64,000 bases of DNA. Origin: Eledone cirrhosa (Eukaryota). Where the stretch lies: assembly GCA_964016885.1 (NCBI GenBank), contig OZ024742.1, positions 278,876,001 through 278,940,000 on the forward strand, given 5' to 3'. Position 1 is the first letter of the stretch; the number at the start of each line of letters is the position of its first letter. Positions 45,086-59,000 of the stretch are shown piece by piece. The translations under genes were made by a program, and so were the position numbers. The notes beneath the pieces are model-generated. The model saw only the letters and a list, made by a program, of their open reading frames with translations. It was not told where the DNA came from and made no database searches.

Positions 45086-45708
45086 AATTAGTATATCTAT
45101 TAACATATATATACAGATGCATACCTATGCCAGCAAATATATAGTAAGTTAATTTTTATAATTTTCTTGTTTTACGTCTTTCATATTATTGTCCTGCATC
45201 CCCATGCATTGAACCACAAAGTTACTAAGACAAAACCTACATATTTGCTGCCATAGGTATGCATCTGTATATATATGTTAGTAGATATACTAATTCTTTA
45301 TAATTATCTCCAAATTATTTTGTCGAGCCAAAATTGGCCAAAACTGATACTATAGTTCATAGTAACGTTTCGGCTGCTGTCTTCTTAACAAAACACTCCT
45401 TACTGATTAACCTCGATGTCACGTGATTGATTCTTTTGAATTTGCCACCGACGCAGTAGGCACTGATTTTATCAATGGCTTGGAACTTAGTCCACGCTTT
45501 GCTTTTTTCCATCCACTGAATTATTTTTGTATAAGTTCCCTGTGTCCACGCATTGCCTGGAAACTTAGCTGAGAATAGACTTCCCTGATGACGAAAGGCT
45601 TCTCCGTACGTTTCTTCGGTAAGTATGTTTGTTCCCTTTCAGAAACTAATTAGTTGGAGTGAAATTTTAGTAAGTAAGTTAATTTTTATAATTTTCTTAT
45701 TTTACGTC

Positions 45709-45715
<7 letters not shown>
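45081..45715 (+). mobile_element. Non-autonomous PLE-like unit (about 530-bp monomer) with terminal direct repeat and 5' inverted segment
   Basis: 45143-45185 repeats at 45673-45715; 45081-45139 is the reverse complement of 45241-45300; (TA)n flanks. Confidence 0.78.
45579..45660 (+). ncRNA. Type-I hammerhead with enlarged helix II
   Basis: acttcc-CTGATGA-c gaaagg[36 nt]cctttc a-GAAA-ctaattag-TT-ggagt. Confidence 0.65.
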
Positions 45716-45749
<34 letters not shown>

Positions 45750-45752
<3 letters not shown>

Positions 45753-46742
45753 GTGGTTACACAACAGTTAGTTCACCATAGCGAGAACAATTGTTTCACC
45801 TTCGCGGATCTTCAGCTCGGGATGTATATGGTTATAGGAACAGGAAGGACAACAGTATAAATGCGCATGCGCAGAAACTCGGTCACTTCACACAGGCAAT
45901 AGTAGACTGCGTGCGGGGGATATAAGGGAGATAACTGCGAAAGTCCGGAAAGTTTTTGGGTTGAAAATAAAATAAAAAAATGTAAAAATAAAATTACAAA
46001 GAATCAGTCCGGAGCACTGTAGTTATGTAATAGATGTTTGGTGACGTGTGGTCACTTCCAACCGACCAAACGAACCACAGGAGGTCAAATCCTATGTGGG
46101 CATGGCGGAGGGCCGATTCAAGGAGCGTTTCCTGAACCAACTCTCCACCTTCAGATACCCGGACAGACGTTCATCCACGAAACTCGCGAGCCACGTATGG
46201 TCCCTCAAGGACTCAAGTATAGGGTACTCCATTTAATGGAAAGCCATCACTAAGTCCAAGCCATACGCAAGGGGAAATCCGACATGTAGCTTATGTATTG
46301 ACGAGCGAATAACTATCCTAAAGAGATTACGCAATAGTGATTGCCTAAACACAAGGAGTGATTTTTTCACACGTTGTCCTCACGTCACCAAACATCTATT
46401 ACATAACTACAGGGCTCCGGACTAATTCTTTGTAATTTTATTTTTAAATTTTTTTATTTTATTTTCAACCAAAAAACTTTCCGGACTTTAGAAGTTATCT
46501 CCATTACACCCCCCGCACGCAGTCTACTATTGCCTGTGTGAAGTGACCGAGTTTCTGCGCATGCGCGTTCGTATGGTTGTCCTTCCTGTTCCTATAACCA
46601 TATACATCCCTTGCTGAAGATCTGCGAAGGAGAAACAATTGTTCTCGGTAGGGTGAACTAACTGTTGTGTAACCACTTCTATCTAACTCGTCCCCTGGAC
46701 TGAGTGCTGTACCACTACGGATATTATCTTCCAGTGTTCCGC

Positions 46743-46746
<4 letters not shown>
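45750..46746 (+). mobile_element. 5'-truncated Penelope-like element (GIY-YIG region plus 3' end) with inverted 3' copy at its 5' side
   Basis: YVGMAEGRFKERF...TKLASHVWSLK...YSI*WK...CSLC...LNTRSD...CPH; 45750-46050 inverted against 46378-46680; HHRs minus 45782-45819 (cgag-CTGAAGA-tccgcgaaggt-GAAA-caattg-TT-ctcg) and plus 46611-46647. Confidence 0.88.
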
Positions 46747-46788
<42 letters not shown>

Positions 46789-46870
46789 GTTATTCCGGGT
46801 TGAATCGGAGGTAACCACAGTAAGTAAGGTACTCAATACATTGCAGAGTATAACAGTTTTAATATAGATG

Positions 46871-46921
46871 AGATTCTACAGGACTAGAACTGTTTCTTTC
46901 TTTAGAAATCATCAGGAATCT
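46871..46921 (-). ncRNA. Type-I hammerhead in the PLE1 3' end
   Basis: agattc-CTGATGA-tttc taaa gaaa-GAAA-cag ttctagtc ctg-TA-gaatct. Confidence 0.87.
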
Positions 46922-47466
46922 GGGTATCAAAAAATAAGTATGGTATTTATAGGTCTCTACAAGTGGCAGGAGAGGGTGGGGAGTGGGATGGGTGTAGGTC
47001 ATTGGTTGATAGAAAAGGGAATTCATTAAAAGCTAATTCTACAAAGCTATAGTTTATTTTTATTTATTTTTGTTTTTAGAGTAACAAAGGCAGACAGAAT
47101 TCTATAAACAGGTTCAGGATGGCATGTCACTCCTTATTATTAAGTTTCTCTTAAGCTAACAGGTGTCTATAAGATCAGTGGGGGGTCAGTCATGGTAGAT
47201 AGATTTAAAGGAAAGGGAGATTCTTTAAAAGCTAAATTCATTAAGGTTCTACTAAGTGACAAAGCTTTAGAGAATTCTGTAGACAAATTCAAAATATTGA
47301 GTGCATATCTTACAATTATCTTCAAGTTTCTCTTAAACTATTCAACTATAAGCCAAAAATCAACAGACACATTCACAAAACACACTCACTCACACACTCG
47401 CGCGCACCCATAAACACACATACACATGCACATATACACACATATACACACACACACATATAAATA

Positions 47467-47538
<72 letters not shown>

Positions 47539-47593
47539 AATATACATATACATACACACACATACATACACACATATCTATATGCATATATAT

Positions 47594-47628
<35 letters not shown>

Positions 47629-47637
47629 CATACACAC

Positions 47638-47670
<33 letters not shown>

Positions 47671-47848
47671 TATACAAAAATATAATGAAAAATTGAACGG
47701 GAACAAAACAGAGGGGCAGAACAAACAATTGTTTATTAATTTCACGCTCTTGAGAGTGGGGTCACACATACACACACATATATATATTCACACACATACA
47801 CCATACATACATATATTTATATGTATATATACACATATATATATATAT

Positions 47849-47923
<75 letters not shown>

Positions 47924-47972
47924 TACATATATATACATATATATATACATACATATACACATACACTCTTAT

Positions 47973-48026
<54 letters not shown>

Positions 48027-48088
48027 ACACACTCACACACACATACATATATAAATACATACATACACATACATATACACATATACAC

Positions 48089-48121
<33 letters not shown>

Positions 48122-48272
48122 TACACACATACACATACACACACACACATATACGCACACACATCTATATATATATATATATATATATATACATACACAC
48201 ACATATACATACATACACATACACACATATATATATATATATATATACACACATACACATATATATATACAT

Positions 48273-48328
<56 letters not shown>

Positions 48329-48344
48329 ATGTATATATGTGTGT

Positions 48345-48384
<40 letters not shown>

Positions 48385-48409
48385 ATGTGTATGTATGTAT
48401 ATGTGTGTG

Positions 48410-48451
<42 letters not shown>

Positions 48452-48466
48452 TGTGTGTGCGTATAT

Positions 48467-48514
<48 letters not shown>

Positions 48515-48618
48515 GTAAACACACATATATATATACACATATATACACATATATATATATACATAAATAAACACATATACACACATATATATACACATAC
48601 ATACACATGCATATACAC

Positions 48619-48655
<37 letters not shown>

Positions 48656-48657
<2 letters not shown>

Positions 48658-48844
48658 AGTAAGTAAGACCCCGACGGCTGAGCTCAAGCCGTTTCGACGG
48701 CTAATTCTGTACAGAATTAGCCGTCGATACGGCTTGAGCTCAGCCCTCGGGGTCTTACTTACTCCTATTTCCCACTCTACTACCCTAAGTATTGAGTACT
48801 TTGGTGCGTTATGGTCCACCTGGCTCCTTACCACTTTTCCCTCG

Positions 48845-48846
<2 letters not shown>
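48656..48846 (+). mobile_element. Family A fold-back element, copy 5, inserted in the PLE1 UTR
   Basis: Near-perfect palindrome centred on ctaattc-tgtaca-gaattag; absent from the mirror arm (about 53745-53780). Confidence 0.82.
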
Positions 48847-48899
<53 letters not shown>

Positions 48900-49026
48900 C
48901 ATACACATACATACACATACATATACATATATACACATACACACGAATATACAGACACATATGTACACACATACACACATACGTATACATAAATAAATAA
49001 ACATATATATATATATATATATATAC

Positions 49027-49146
<120 letters not shown>

Positions 49147-49330
49147 CTACATACATACACCTACATATACACATATACACACATGCACACATATACACAT
49201 ATACATATATATATATATATACACATAAAAATATACACACATATATATATATACACATAAAAATATACACACATATATACACATATACACACACATATAC
49301 ATATATATATATACACATACACATATATAC

Positions 49331-49367
<37 letters not shown>

Positions 49368-49449
49368 CATACATACATACATACACATATACATACATAT
49401 ACCCATATATATACACGACGGTTGGATGGCCACTGATGAGGACAAACAT

Positions 49450-49488
<39 letters not shown>

Positions 49489-49841
49489 TATACATCTATA
49501 TATACACATACATACACACATACACATACATATATACACATATATATATACACACATACATACACACACACACATACATACACATATATATAAATATATA
49601 TATATACATATACACACATATATATATATACATATACACACACACATATATACACACACATATATACATATATACACATATACACATATATACACATATA
49701 CACATATATACACATATACATATATATATAAATATATACACATACATACATACGCATACATACACATATATATATATATATACATATATATACACATATA
49801 TATATATATATATACATATACACACATACATATATACACAT

Positions 49842-49892
<51 letters not shown>

Positions 49893-50168
49893 CACATACA
49901 TACCCATATACACATGTGCACACATACACATACGCATACATATACATACACATACATATACACACATACACACAAATATATACACATACAAATAAATAAG
50001 TACTCAATAAATATACGCATATACGCAGGCACATAAAAACACCTCTACAGGCAGAAAATGTAGATAGGTAAGAGGTACTCACATAACCATAGTGGCCGTA
50101 TTTCAGGTTGAGGAGGGGTGGAGGTAGGGTGGGAAGGAGGTATAGGGGCCAATAGGAGGAGGTCGTTT

Positions 50169-52312
50169 TTAGCCATCGGGCTTTAACACTGGCTTAAAGT
50201 GTTTGAAAGTTGCAAAGTTCTTGTGCATGCAGTTCGGGCAGTGTTCAGAGAGTTTGTTCAGTAGCGGGCCCTTGGCGAATAAAATTTCGTAGCTCTCTGA
50301 AATACAAAGGTCGCAGCCCTTGTGTCCTCTGTTGTAAGAGCGCGCTTTGTGGAGTATTTTCTATTTAAGCGTGAAGGGGGTGGAGTTCCTTTTGAGGTCC
50401 CAAACATAGGAGGCGAGTGTTGTCTGGTTTGATTTGTCCGGTCTTCTGAAGGAGTGGGTATGGGCATACCAACGGGTCTTAAAGTTGTTGGAGGTCATGC
50501 CGATGTAAGTTTTTTGCAACCATCGGTGCCTGAGATGACATCGCATTTGTATACGATATCATTTGTGAGGCATTTGTTTTCAAGTGGGCATGCTTCCTTA
50601 TTTAGGAAATTACACAGAGCCCCAGTCCGGGGATTGGGTTCGGAGGTGGTTGGCTTATTTAATTTTTTAGAATTGTGGTTGGCTATATTCCTTGCTAGGT
50701 TAGGTGTGGTGGAGTAGCAGAGTCTTATTGTGTTCTTATTAAAGATGGTGTGGTACCTATGTTGTATGGGGAAGTGTAATTTCAGCAAAGTGAAGAAAAT
50801 CCTAGCTATCGGAGTAGAGACCTCTCTATTGAAGGGAGGGTTGTACCAGCTAATCTGCCTATGTCTATTCCTCCTCTGCAACTTACGGTGGTTTCTAGGT
50901 ATGTTATATTTTCTTTAAATCCGCTACGGGCGAGGGCGTTATTGTAGTAGGAGGCAGATGCGTTAAAAATATCTTTGTTGGCGGAGAGGCCGGATATTCT
51001 AATAGAGACGCTTTTTACTAGGTTATCAGTGATGTTTTGGGGGTGGTTTGAATTAACATTAATATATTTAAGGGACTCGTTAGGTTTGTGGTACGGGTAA
51101 TAGAGGGAAGTATCTAGGTCGAGAGTGACATCTAAGAAGTTGGCCCTAGTCAAATTAGATTCTATAGTTATACTAAATCCTAGATTAGAGAAGAGTGAGC
51201 TTAAGTTTTTCCGAAACCCATCGGTGGTTCTGGGGTTAATCTTATGCAGGACGAAGAGGCCGTCGTCTCGGTATAAACCTCCCGTTAGGCCGGTAAAGAG
51301 GTTCTTCAGGTGATGTAGGATGTACAGGCCCACAAGATCGCTAATTTCAGCCGAGTCACTCGCTCCCATGCTAACGTCAAATGGGGTCTGAGATTTCTTG
51401 TTGATCCAGTAAGATCCATCGTGGTATAGAAATGTCTTACGAGCGTGGAGGATAACAACTTGCTCAGCATCGGTAATGGTTGTAAAATTCCTGGCAAAGT
51501 TAATTGCGCCCTTCAGGAGGGGCTCCGAGATAGATGCATAGTAGTTTTCTATGTCGAGTTGCAGGAAGCGAGTGTGGTGTTTGTCGGGTAATTTTTGGAA
51601 CCATGATATTGCCTCAGATGTTCTGCTCCAGAGTGGAAGTGGTGAGGCAGCCCGCAATGATGGTAGAACTCTATCCAGGATCTTCTTACTGATAGAGCCG
51701 ATGTCAGAACGAGTGGGGTTGATAAGTCTGACTGATGGTTTGTTGAGGAAGTTTCCCTTATGGTCCTTCAGGGTAAAGTGCGGGGTCTTTACCCTTAAAG
51801 GTTCGGTTCGGTCGTGTAATTTAAGGGACTTGGCGATTTCTTTTCCGGCCGCGTTTGTCTCAGTCAGTGCCATCTCTATTACCTTTTTGTAGCTGGTCGT
51901 GATGGTATATTTTGCCAGCTTATTGTAGGTCTGTGGGTCTACCTCATAAGCGTTTTTGGTTTCATCGGAGGAGACATAAAGATTAGGGGATTTTTTTATA
52001 TATCCGCAATTCGGCATTTAAGTAGGCCTGGAATGGTGTGGTGGCTCTACGGAATTTAATATCTCTGATCATCTTGAAGAGGTCTTCTTCAAATGGTTGG
52101 AGTAGGCTGTTGGTGGGTGGTGTATTATTCGTTTTGAAGCCGAACTTCTCATCATTGGTAGATGCTATATCAGGGTTGTCGAGGAAGAAGGTCCTCCATC
52201 TAATTCGCTTCATGAACTCGTCGGTACGTCTAATGAGAGTTTTTAAGTATAGTTGCCTTGGAGGGATAGGGATGTTCTTCATGGAAACATCAAGGTCGAG
52301 TTTGGTCAGCAT
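50169..52312 (-). pseudogene. PLE1 RT plus GIY-YIG endonuclease ORF, broken by frameshifts and a stop
   Basis: SMKNIPIP, TLKDHK..F..KPSVRLINP, FLQLDIENYY, FDVSMGASDSAE, GLYRDDGL, NFLDVTLDL, WYNPPF, CN..KEACPL..KCL..IVY, YIGMT..FKTRW..H, CDLC, CMH. Confidence 0.93.
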
Positions 52313-52787
52313 GGTTTCTTGATGATGGTTATAAGGGGCACAGAGAGTGCTAAAAGTACGTTATTCCGGGTTGAATCGGAGGTAACCACAATTTTATTCG
52401 CCAAGGGCCCGCTACTGAACAAACTCTCTGAACACTGCCCGAACAGCATGCACAAGAACTTTGCAACTTTCAAACACTTTAAGCCATTGTTAAAGCACGA
52501 TGGCTAAAAACGACCTCCTCCTATTGGCCCCTATACCTCCTTCCCACCCTACCCCCACCCCTCCTCAACCTGAAATACGGCCACTATGGTTATGTGAGTA
52601 CCTCTTACCTATCTACATTTTCTGCCTGTAGAGGTGTTTTTATGTGCCTGCGTATATGCGTATATTTATTGAGTACTTATTTATTTGTATGTGTATATAT
52701 TTGTATGTATGTGTGTATATGTATGTGTATGTATATGTATGTGTATGTATGAGCATGTGTGCACATGTGTATATGGGTATGTATGTG

Positions 52788-52920
<133 letters not shown>

Positions 52921-53277
52921 ATATATGTGTGTATGTGTATATATGTATGTGTGTATATGTATATATATATATATGTGTATATATATGTATATATATATAT
53001 ATGTGTGTATGTATGCGTATGTATGTATGTGTATATATTTATATATATATATATGTATATGTGTATATATGTGTATAGGTGTATATATGTATATATGTGT
53101 GTGTATATATGTGTGTGTATATGTGTATATATATATGTGTGTATATGTATGTATTTATATTTTTATATATATGTGTATGTATGTGTGTGTGTGTGTGTGT
53201 GTATGTATGTGTGTATATATATGTGTGTATATATGTATGTGTGTATGTGTGTAAGTATGTGTATATATATATGTATA

Positions 53278-53310
<33 letters not shown>

Positions 53311-53579
53311 GAAAAAGTGTGTCCTCATCAGTGGCCATCCAACCGTCGTGTATATATATGTGTATATGTATGTATATGTGTATGTATGTATGTATGTGTA
53401 TATATATACATATATATATGTATATATATATATATATGTGTATGTGTATATATATATATGTATATGTGTGTGTATATGTGTATATATGTGTATATATTTT
53501 TATGTGTATATATATATATATGTATATGTGTATATGTGTGCATATGTGTATATGTGTATATGTAGGTGTATGTATGTAC

Positions 53580-53621
<42 letters not shown>

Positions 53622-53842
53622 GTATATATATATGTTTATTTATTTATGTATACGTATGTGTGTATGTGTGTACGTATGTGAGTGTATATTCGTGTGTATG
53701 TGTATATATGTATATGTATTTGTATGTATGTGTATGTATATGTTTATATATATATATATATTTATATATGTTTATATATGTGTATATGCATGTGTATGTA
53801 TGTGTATATATATGTGTGTATATGTGTTTATTTATGTATATG

Positions 53843-53887
<45 letters not shown>

Positions 53888-54214
53888 ATGTGTGTGTATA
53901 TGTGTATATGTATGTATATATATGTATGTGTATGTATGTATATATATATATATATACATATATATTTATATATATATGTATATATATGTGTGTGTGTGCG
54001 TGTGTATATATATATATTTGTGTGAGTGTGTATATATATGTGTGTATGTGTATGTATGTGTATATATATGTAAATATGTGTGTATATATATGTATATATA
54101 TATATATATATGTACATGTATATATGTGTGTATATGTATATATGTGTATGTATGTGTATATATATATATATATATATGTATGTATATATGTATATGTGTA
54201 TGTGTGTATGTATA

Positions 54215-54261
<47 letters not shown>

Positions 54262-54278
54262 ATGTATATATATGTGTG

Positions 54279-54349
<71 letters not shown>

Positions 54350-54408
54350 ATATATATATATATGTAAGTATGTGTATGTGTATGTATGTATATGTGTGTG
54401 TATGTATA

Positions 54409-55003
54409 GCTGGTGCTACTGGTAATATGTATCCCAATACAACTTGTCTCATGGTCGGGTCGTTGGCGACTAAACTGGCAACCCACCAAGGTTTCTTGGT
54501 GAGGAGCGTGACTTTGGACATCCTGCAGGACTAAAAACAAAACCTGTCAAAGGGCAAAGGAGCTCTTAAGAGTCAATGGCCATCCAAAATCACCGGGAGA
54601 GATGACCCCTTAGCCTTTGTCAAGGCAGAATTCTAGGAGAAGGAAAACTCTGATATAACACCTGCAACCCTGATGGTATCCAATGATGTTGACTTGTTCT
54701 TCTTTTTGGTAAATATCATCTTCGTTAAGAGAGTGGGACTGGCTTTTTGCAGTGCCTTTGCTCACTATAAAAGCTTCACGGCACAAGCATTGCTTTTTAT
54801 CTGGAGATCTCTCTGCACTTGTCGTCACATGGTACCATGGGTCCAGCACTATGTGTCAATAATTGTCACAAGTGTAGTGTTTGTACCAGAGTTTTCAAGT
54901 CGCTGGTTGGACTAAAAAGACACACTCGTTCAGCGCATCGGTAGGGGTTCTCCTACATGGATATAAAGTAGTGGCCGTACTCGAAAACGAGTTGGCAGCC
55001 ACC
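54409..55003. mobile_element. Secondary insertion in the PLE1 inverted arm, possibly LINE (RTE-like) 5' sequence
   Basis: Absent from the mirror arm (TA tract 48167-48190); flanked by atgtata on both sides; family assignment weak. Confidence 0.55.
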
Positions 55004-55072
<69 letters not shown>

Positions 55073-55106
55073 GATGTGTGTGCGTATATGTGTGTGTGTG
55101 TGTGTA

Positions 55107-55147
<41 letters not shown>

Positions 55148-55198
55148 GTGTATATGTGTATATGTATGTGTATGTATATATATATTTATATATATGTA

Positions 55199-55231
<33 letters not shown>

Positions 55232-55318
55232 GTGTATATATATATATATGTGTATATGTGTGTGTTTGTGTGTAAATATATATATATATATATATATATG
55301 TGTGTATGTATATGTATG

Positions 55319-55372
<54 letters not shown>

Positions 55373-55412
55373 TATATATATGTGTGTATGTATGTGTGTG
55401 TATGTATATGTA

Positions 55413-55450
<38 letters not shown>

Positions 55451-55981
55451 TATTTATATGTGTGTGTGTATATGTGTGTATATGTGTATGTGTATGTGTG
55501 TATATGGGTGCGCGCGTGTGTGTGAGTGAGTGTGTTTTGTGAATGTGTCTGTTGATTTTTGGCATATAGTTGAATAGTTTAAGAGAAATTTGAAGATAAT
55601 TGTAAGATATGCACTCAATATTTTGTAGTTCTCTAAACCTTTGTCACTTAGTAGAACTTTAATGAATTTAGCTTTTAAAGAATCTCCCTTTCCTTTAAAT
55701 CTATCTACCATGACTGACCCCCCACTGATCTTATAGATACCTGTTAGCTTAAGAGAAACTTAATAATAAGGAGTGGCATGCCATCCTGAACCTGTTTATA
55801 GAATTCTGTCTGCCTTTATTACTCTAAAAACAAAAATAAATAAAAATAAACTATAGCTTTGTAGAATTAGCTTTTAATGAATTCCCTTTTCTATCAACCA
55901 ATGACCTACACCCATCCCACTCCCCACCCTCTCCTACCACTTGTAGAGACCTATAAATACCATACTTATTTTTTGATACCC

Positions 55982-56032
55982 AGATTCCTGATGATTTCTA
56001 AAGAATGAAACAGTTCTAGTCCTGTCGAATCT
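55982..56032 (+). ncRNA. Type-I hammerhead in the PLE1 inverted arm
   Basis: agattc-CTGATGA-t ttc taaa gaa t-GAAA-cag ttctagtc ctg-TC-gaatct. Confidence 0.87.
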
Positions 56033-56060
56033 CATCTATATTAAAACTATATATATATAT

Positions 56061-59000
56061 ATAAAATATTAAACAAATAATGAATAAACAATGAAACAGT
56101 TCCTTATATTAAACAAAAAAAGTTCATTATTTAACGATCGTTTCTAGGATATATATGTGTTAGAATTGGCATGCATATTCAACAGATCTATGTACAAAAT
56201 TATACAAATTTATACAAACTATCAAGATTAAATATACATACCAACACATATATACGCCGTCTTCAGAAATAATGAAATATATTTATTGATAATAACAACA
56301 ATTCAAAATTTCAGGTCCGTTTGGGAACAAAATTGACCAATGAAAATACAAAAGGTTTAATGCAGTTCAGTGTGTGTATATACATGTAACTACCCTTACA
56401 CATATTTTACAAAAATGTATGCACAACTTGTATACGCATACCAAAAGGATGGATGCAAATACAAAATTTCAAGGTTAATGCCTCTGTAAGTTTATAATGC
56501 ACAGATAAGATGCGTATAGACACATAAATATGAAATAAGTGTATACACATATTCACATACTCACACATATCCGTACAATCACACACACACGCGCGTATAT
56601 GCATAAACATACACATAACTACGAACATACAAACACACACACACCCCCACTCACATATATATATGTGGATATAAAATCCTAAGCACATGGATATTAATTC
56701 ACTCACATAAACACTGGCACACACATTTAGATCAAGATACAGAAATTAGGTGGGAGGGGGGAGAGGTCAGTATTCAACGGTTTGGGCAGACTGCTTAATA
56801 TAGATGTATCTATAAACTAAGAAAATTTTGTATAATTTTGTATAATTTTGTACATAGATCTGTTGAATATGCATGCCAATTCTAACACATATATATCCTA
56901 GAAACGATCGTTAAATAATGAACTTTTTTTGTTTAATATAAGGAACTGTTTCATTGTTTATTCATTATTTGTTTAATATTTTATCTTGACTCTGTACACC
57001 GTTTATCTTTCACCGAAAGTGATTTTTCATTACATCTCTTCTTTCCATGATATCCGGAATACATTGAGTTCTTCATACGGATTGGACACTACCGTAAACT
57101 CTTGGTAGATTTATCTACATAATTTTGCTCCTATTTTCACGGAAATATTCGTATTTTTGTACTGTATGTGTGTATTAATTTTATATTTATGTATATACAT
57201 ATATATGTATGATTTTATAAACCCATATACATTTAGTTGAGCTCTTTCAATTGTCCATCATCCATATCACAATGGAAAAACAATATTTGGGAACCTCTTT
57301 AAAAAACATACCAATACCTTCTAAGGATGACTTCTTACTCCTTATGATTCAAAAAACTAATAATTTTATCAGAAGGGTTAGATGGAGAGCCTACCACTTC
57401 GATAGAAAATCTAAACAAGCAGATCGGAAATATATGTATGATTTCAATACTTACAAGAATCCACCACACAACCTTTTACTTGAAGACTTCGAGAAAGACC
57501 TTTTTAATTTAATTAAACACCTCAAATTTAAAAAGTATAAATCCGTCTTTCAAAAGGACCTTGATTCTACCCTATTGGACCTAAAAAAGTCTAAAAAAAT
57601 CCATGTCCACTCGGACAAAACTGGTAACTTGTATCATATGGATATTGAACATTATAATGAGTTCATATATAAAGAACTCAGAAAAAATTATAAAAAATCT
57701 AATAATGCGTCACTCACCAACATCAACAACAAAACACACAACATAGTAAAAAAACTAAACATTGAAGATAGAACTGAACCTTTGGCATTGAAAAGACCAC
57801 ACTTCAACCTGAAGGATCATAAATCAAACTTTAACTCAAATCCTTCTATTAGACTTATATGTCCCTCCAAATCAGATATTGGAATAATTAGCAAAAACAT
57901 TTTGGATAGAGTCATCCCACAAATAAGAAAACACGTTATTTTACCACTCTGGGAATAACACCTCCCAGGTAATTAACTGGTTTAAAAATATTAGATGTAA
58001 ATCTTCTGCTTCATTTCTACAATTTGATATAGATAATTACTATTCTTCTATATCACCTATACTCCTGAACAAAGCATTGATATTTGCTAAAAATAGATCT
58101 AACTTAACTTTGGATGACATTAATATTATTACACATGCTAGACTAACACTTATTGAATTTCAGAATGAATACTGGACCAGAAACACATATAGTAATCTAT
58201 TTGATATTACTATGGGTTCAAGCGATTCCGCCCAAATTACTGATCTTGTGGGCCTCTTTCTCCTTTTCAACATAAATGCCTCCTTTCCCCACCTCAAAGG
58301 TGGTTTATATCGTGATGACTGTCTTCTTCTTTCTAACAACCTTAGCCTTTCAGAAATTGAAAAAAACAAAAAACATATTAGAACTTTCCTTAAAGACTAT
58401 TATAATCTTAATATTACTTTTGAAAAAACAAGTAAAGTAGTAAATTTCCTAGATATAACTTTAGATTTAGCTACGGGTATCTACCAACCTTACCATAAAC
58501 CAAACCAAAACTTACATTACATACACTCACAATCTAATCACCCTAAATCTATCCTTAAAAACCTTGCATATAATATATCACTTAGAATTTCTAACCTTTC
58601 TTCTAACCAAGATGTATTTGATAAAAATGCGACCTTCTATAACGAAGCTCTAGATAGAAGTGGCCACAAAAATAGATTAGAATATATACCTTCTACTAAA
58701 AATACTGAAAGCATACAACCTAATATTACCAACAAACACCAAATGAAAAGTACACACCTAAATGCCACCCACACTATACCCCAAAATACCAAATCTTCTA
58801 ATATAAAGTATAGTAACTCTCAAAAAACTACTCATCATACAACTCTAATAAATATTAATAATAAAACTCCTAATAAAAAGGATAAAACACCTAAATCTAC
58901 AAATATAACTAAAAATGGTTGTGGTGAGATCATTAACATTAATCCTCCTAGTAAAAATCACGATACAACCTATAAAAATAATAAAAATAATAAACAACAT

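Noticed and set aside
50169-52312. Selenocysteine recoding as in some Naiad PLEs
   Set aside because: The endonuclease is C-terminal, and the disruptions seen are frameshifts and TAG/TAA rather than in-frame TGA at Cys positions.
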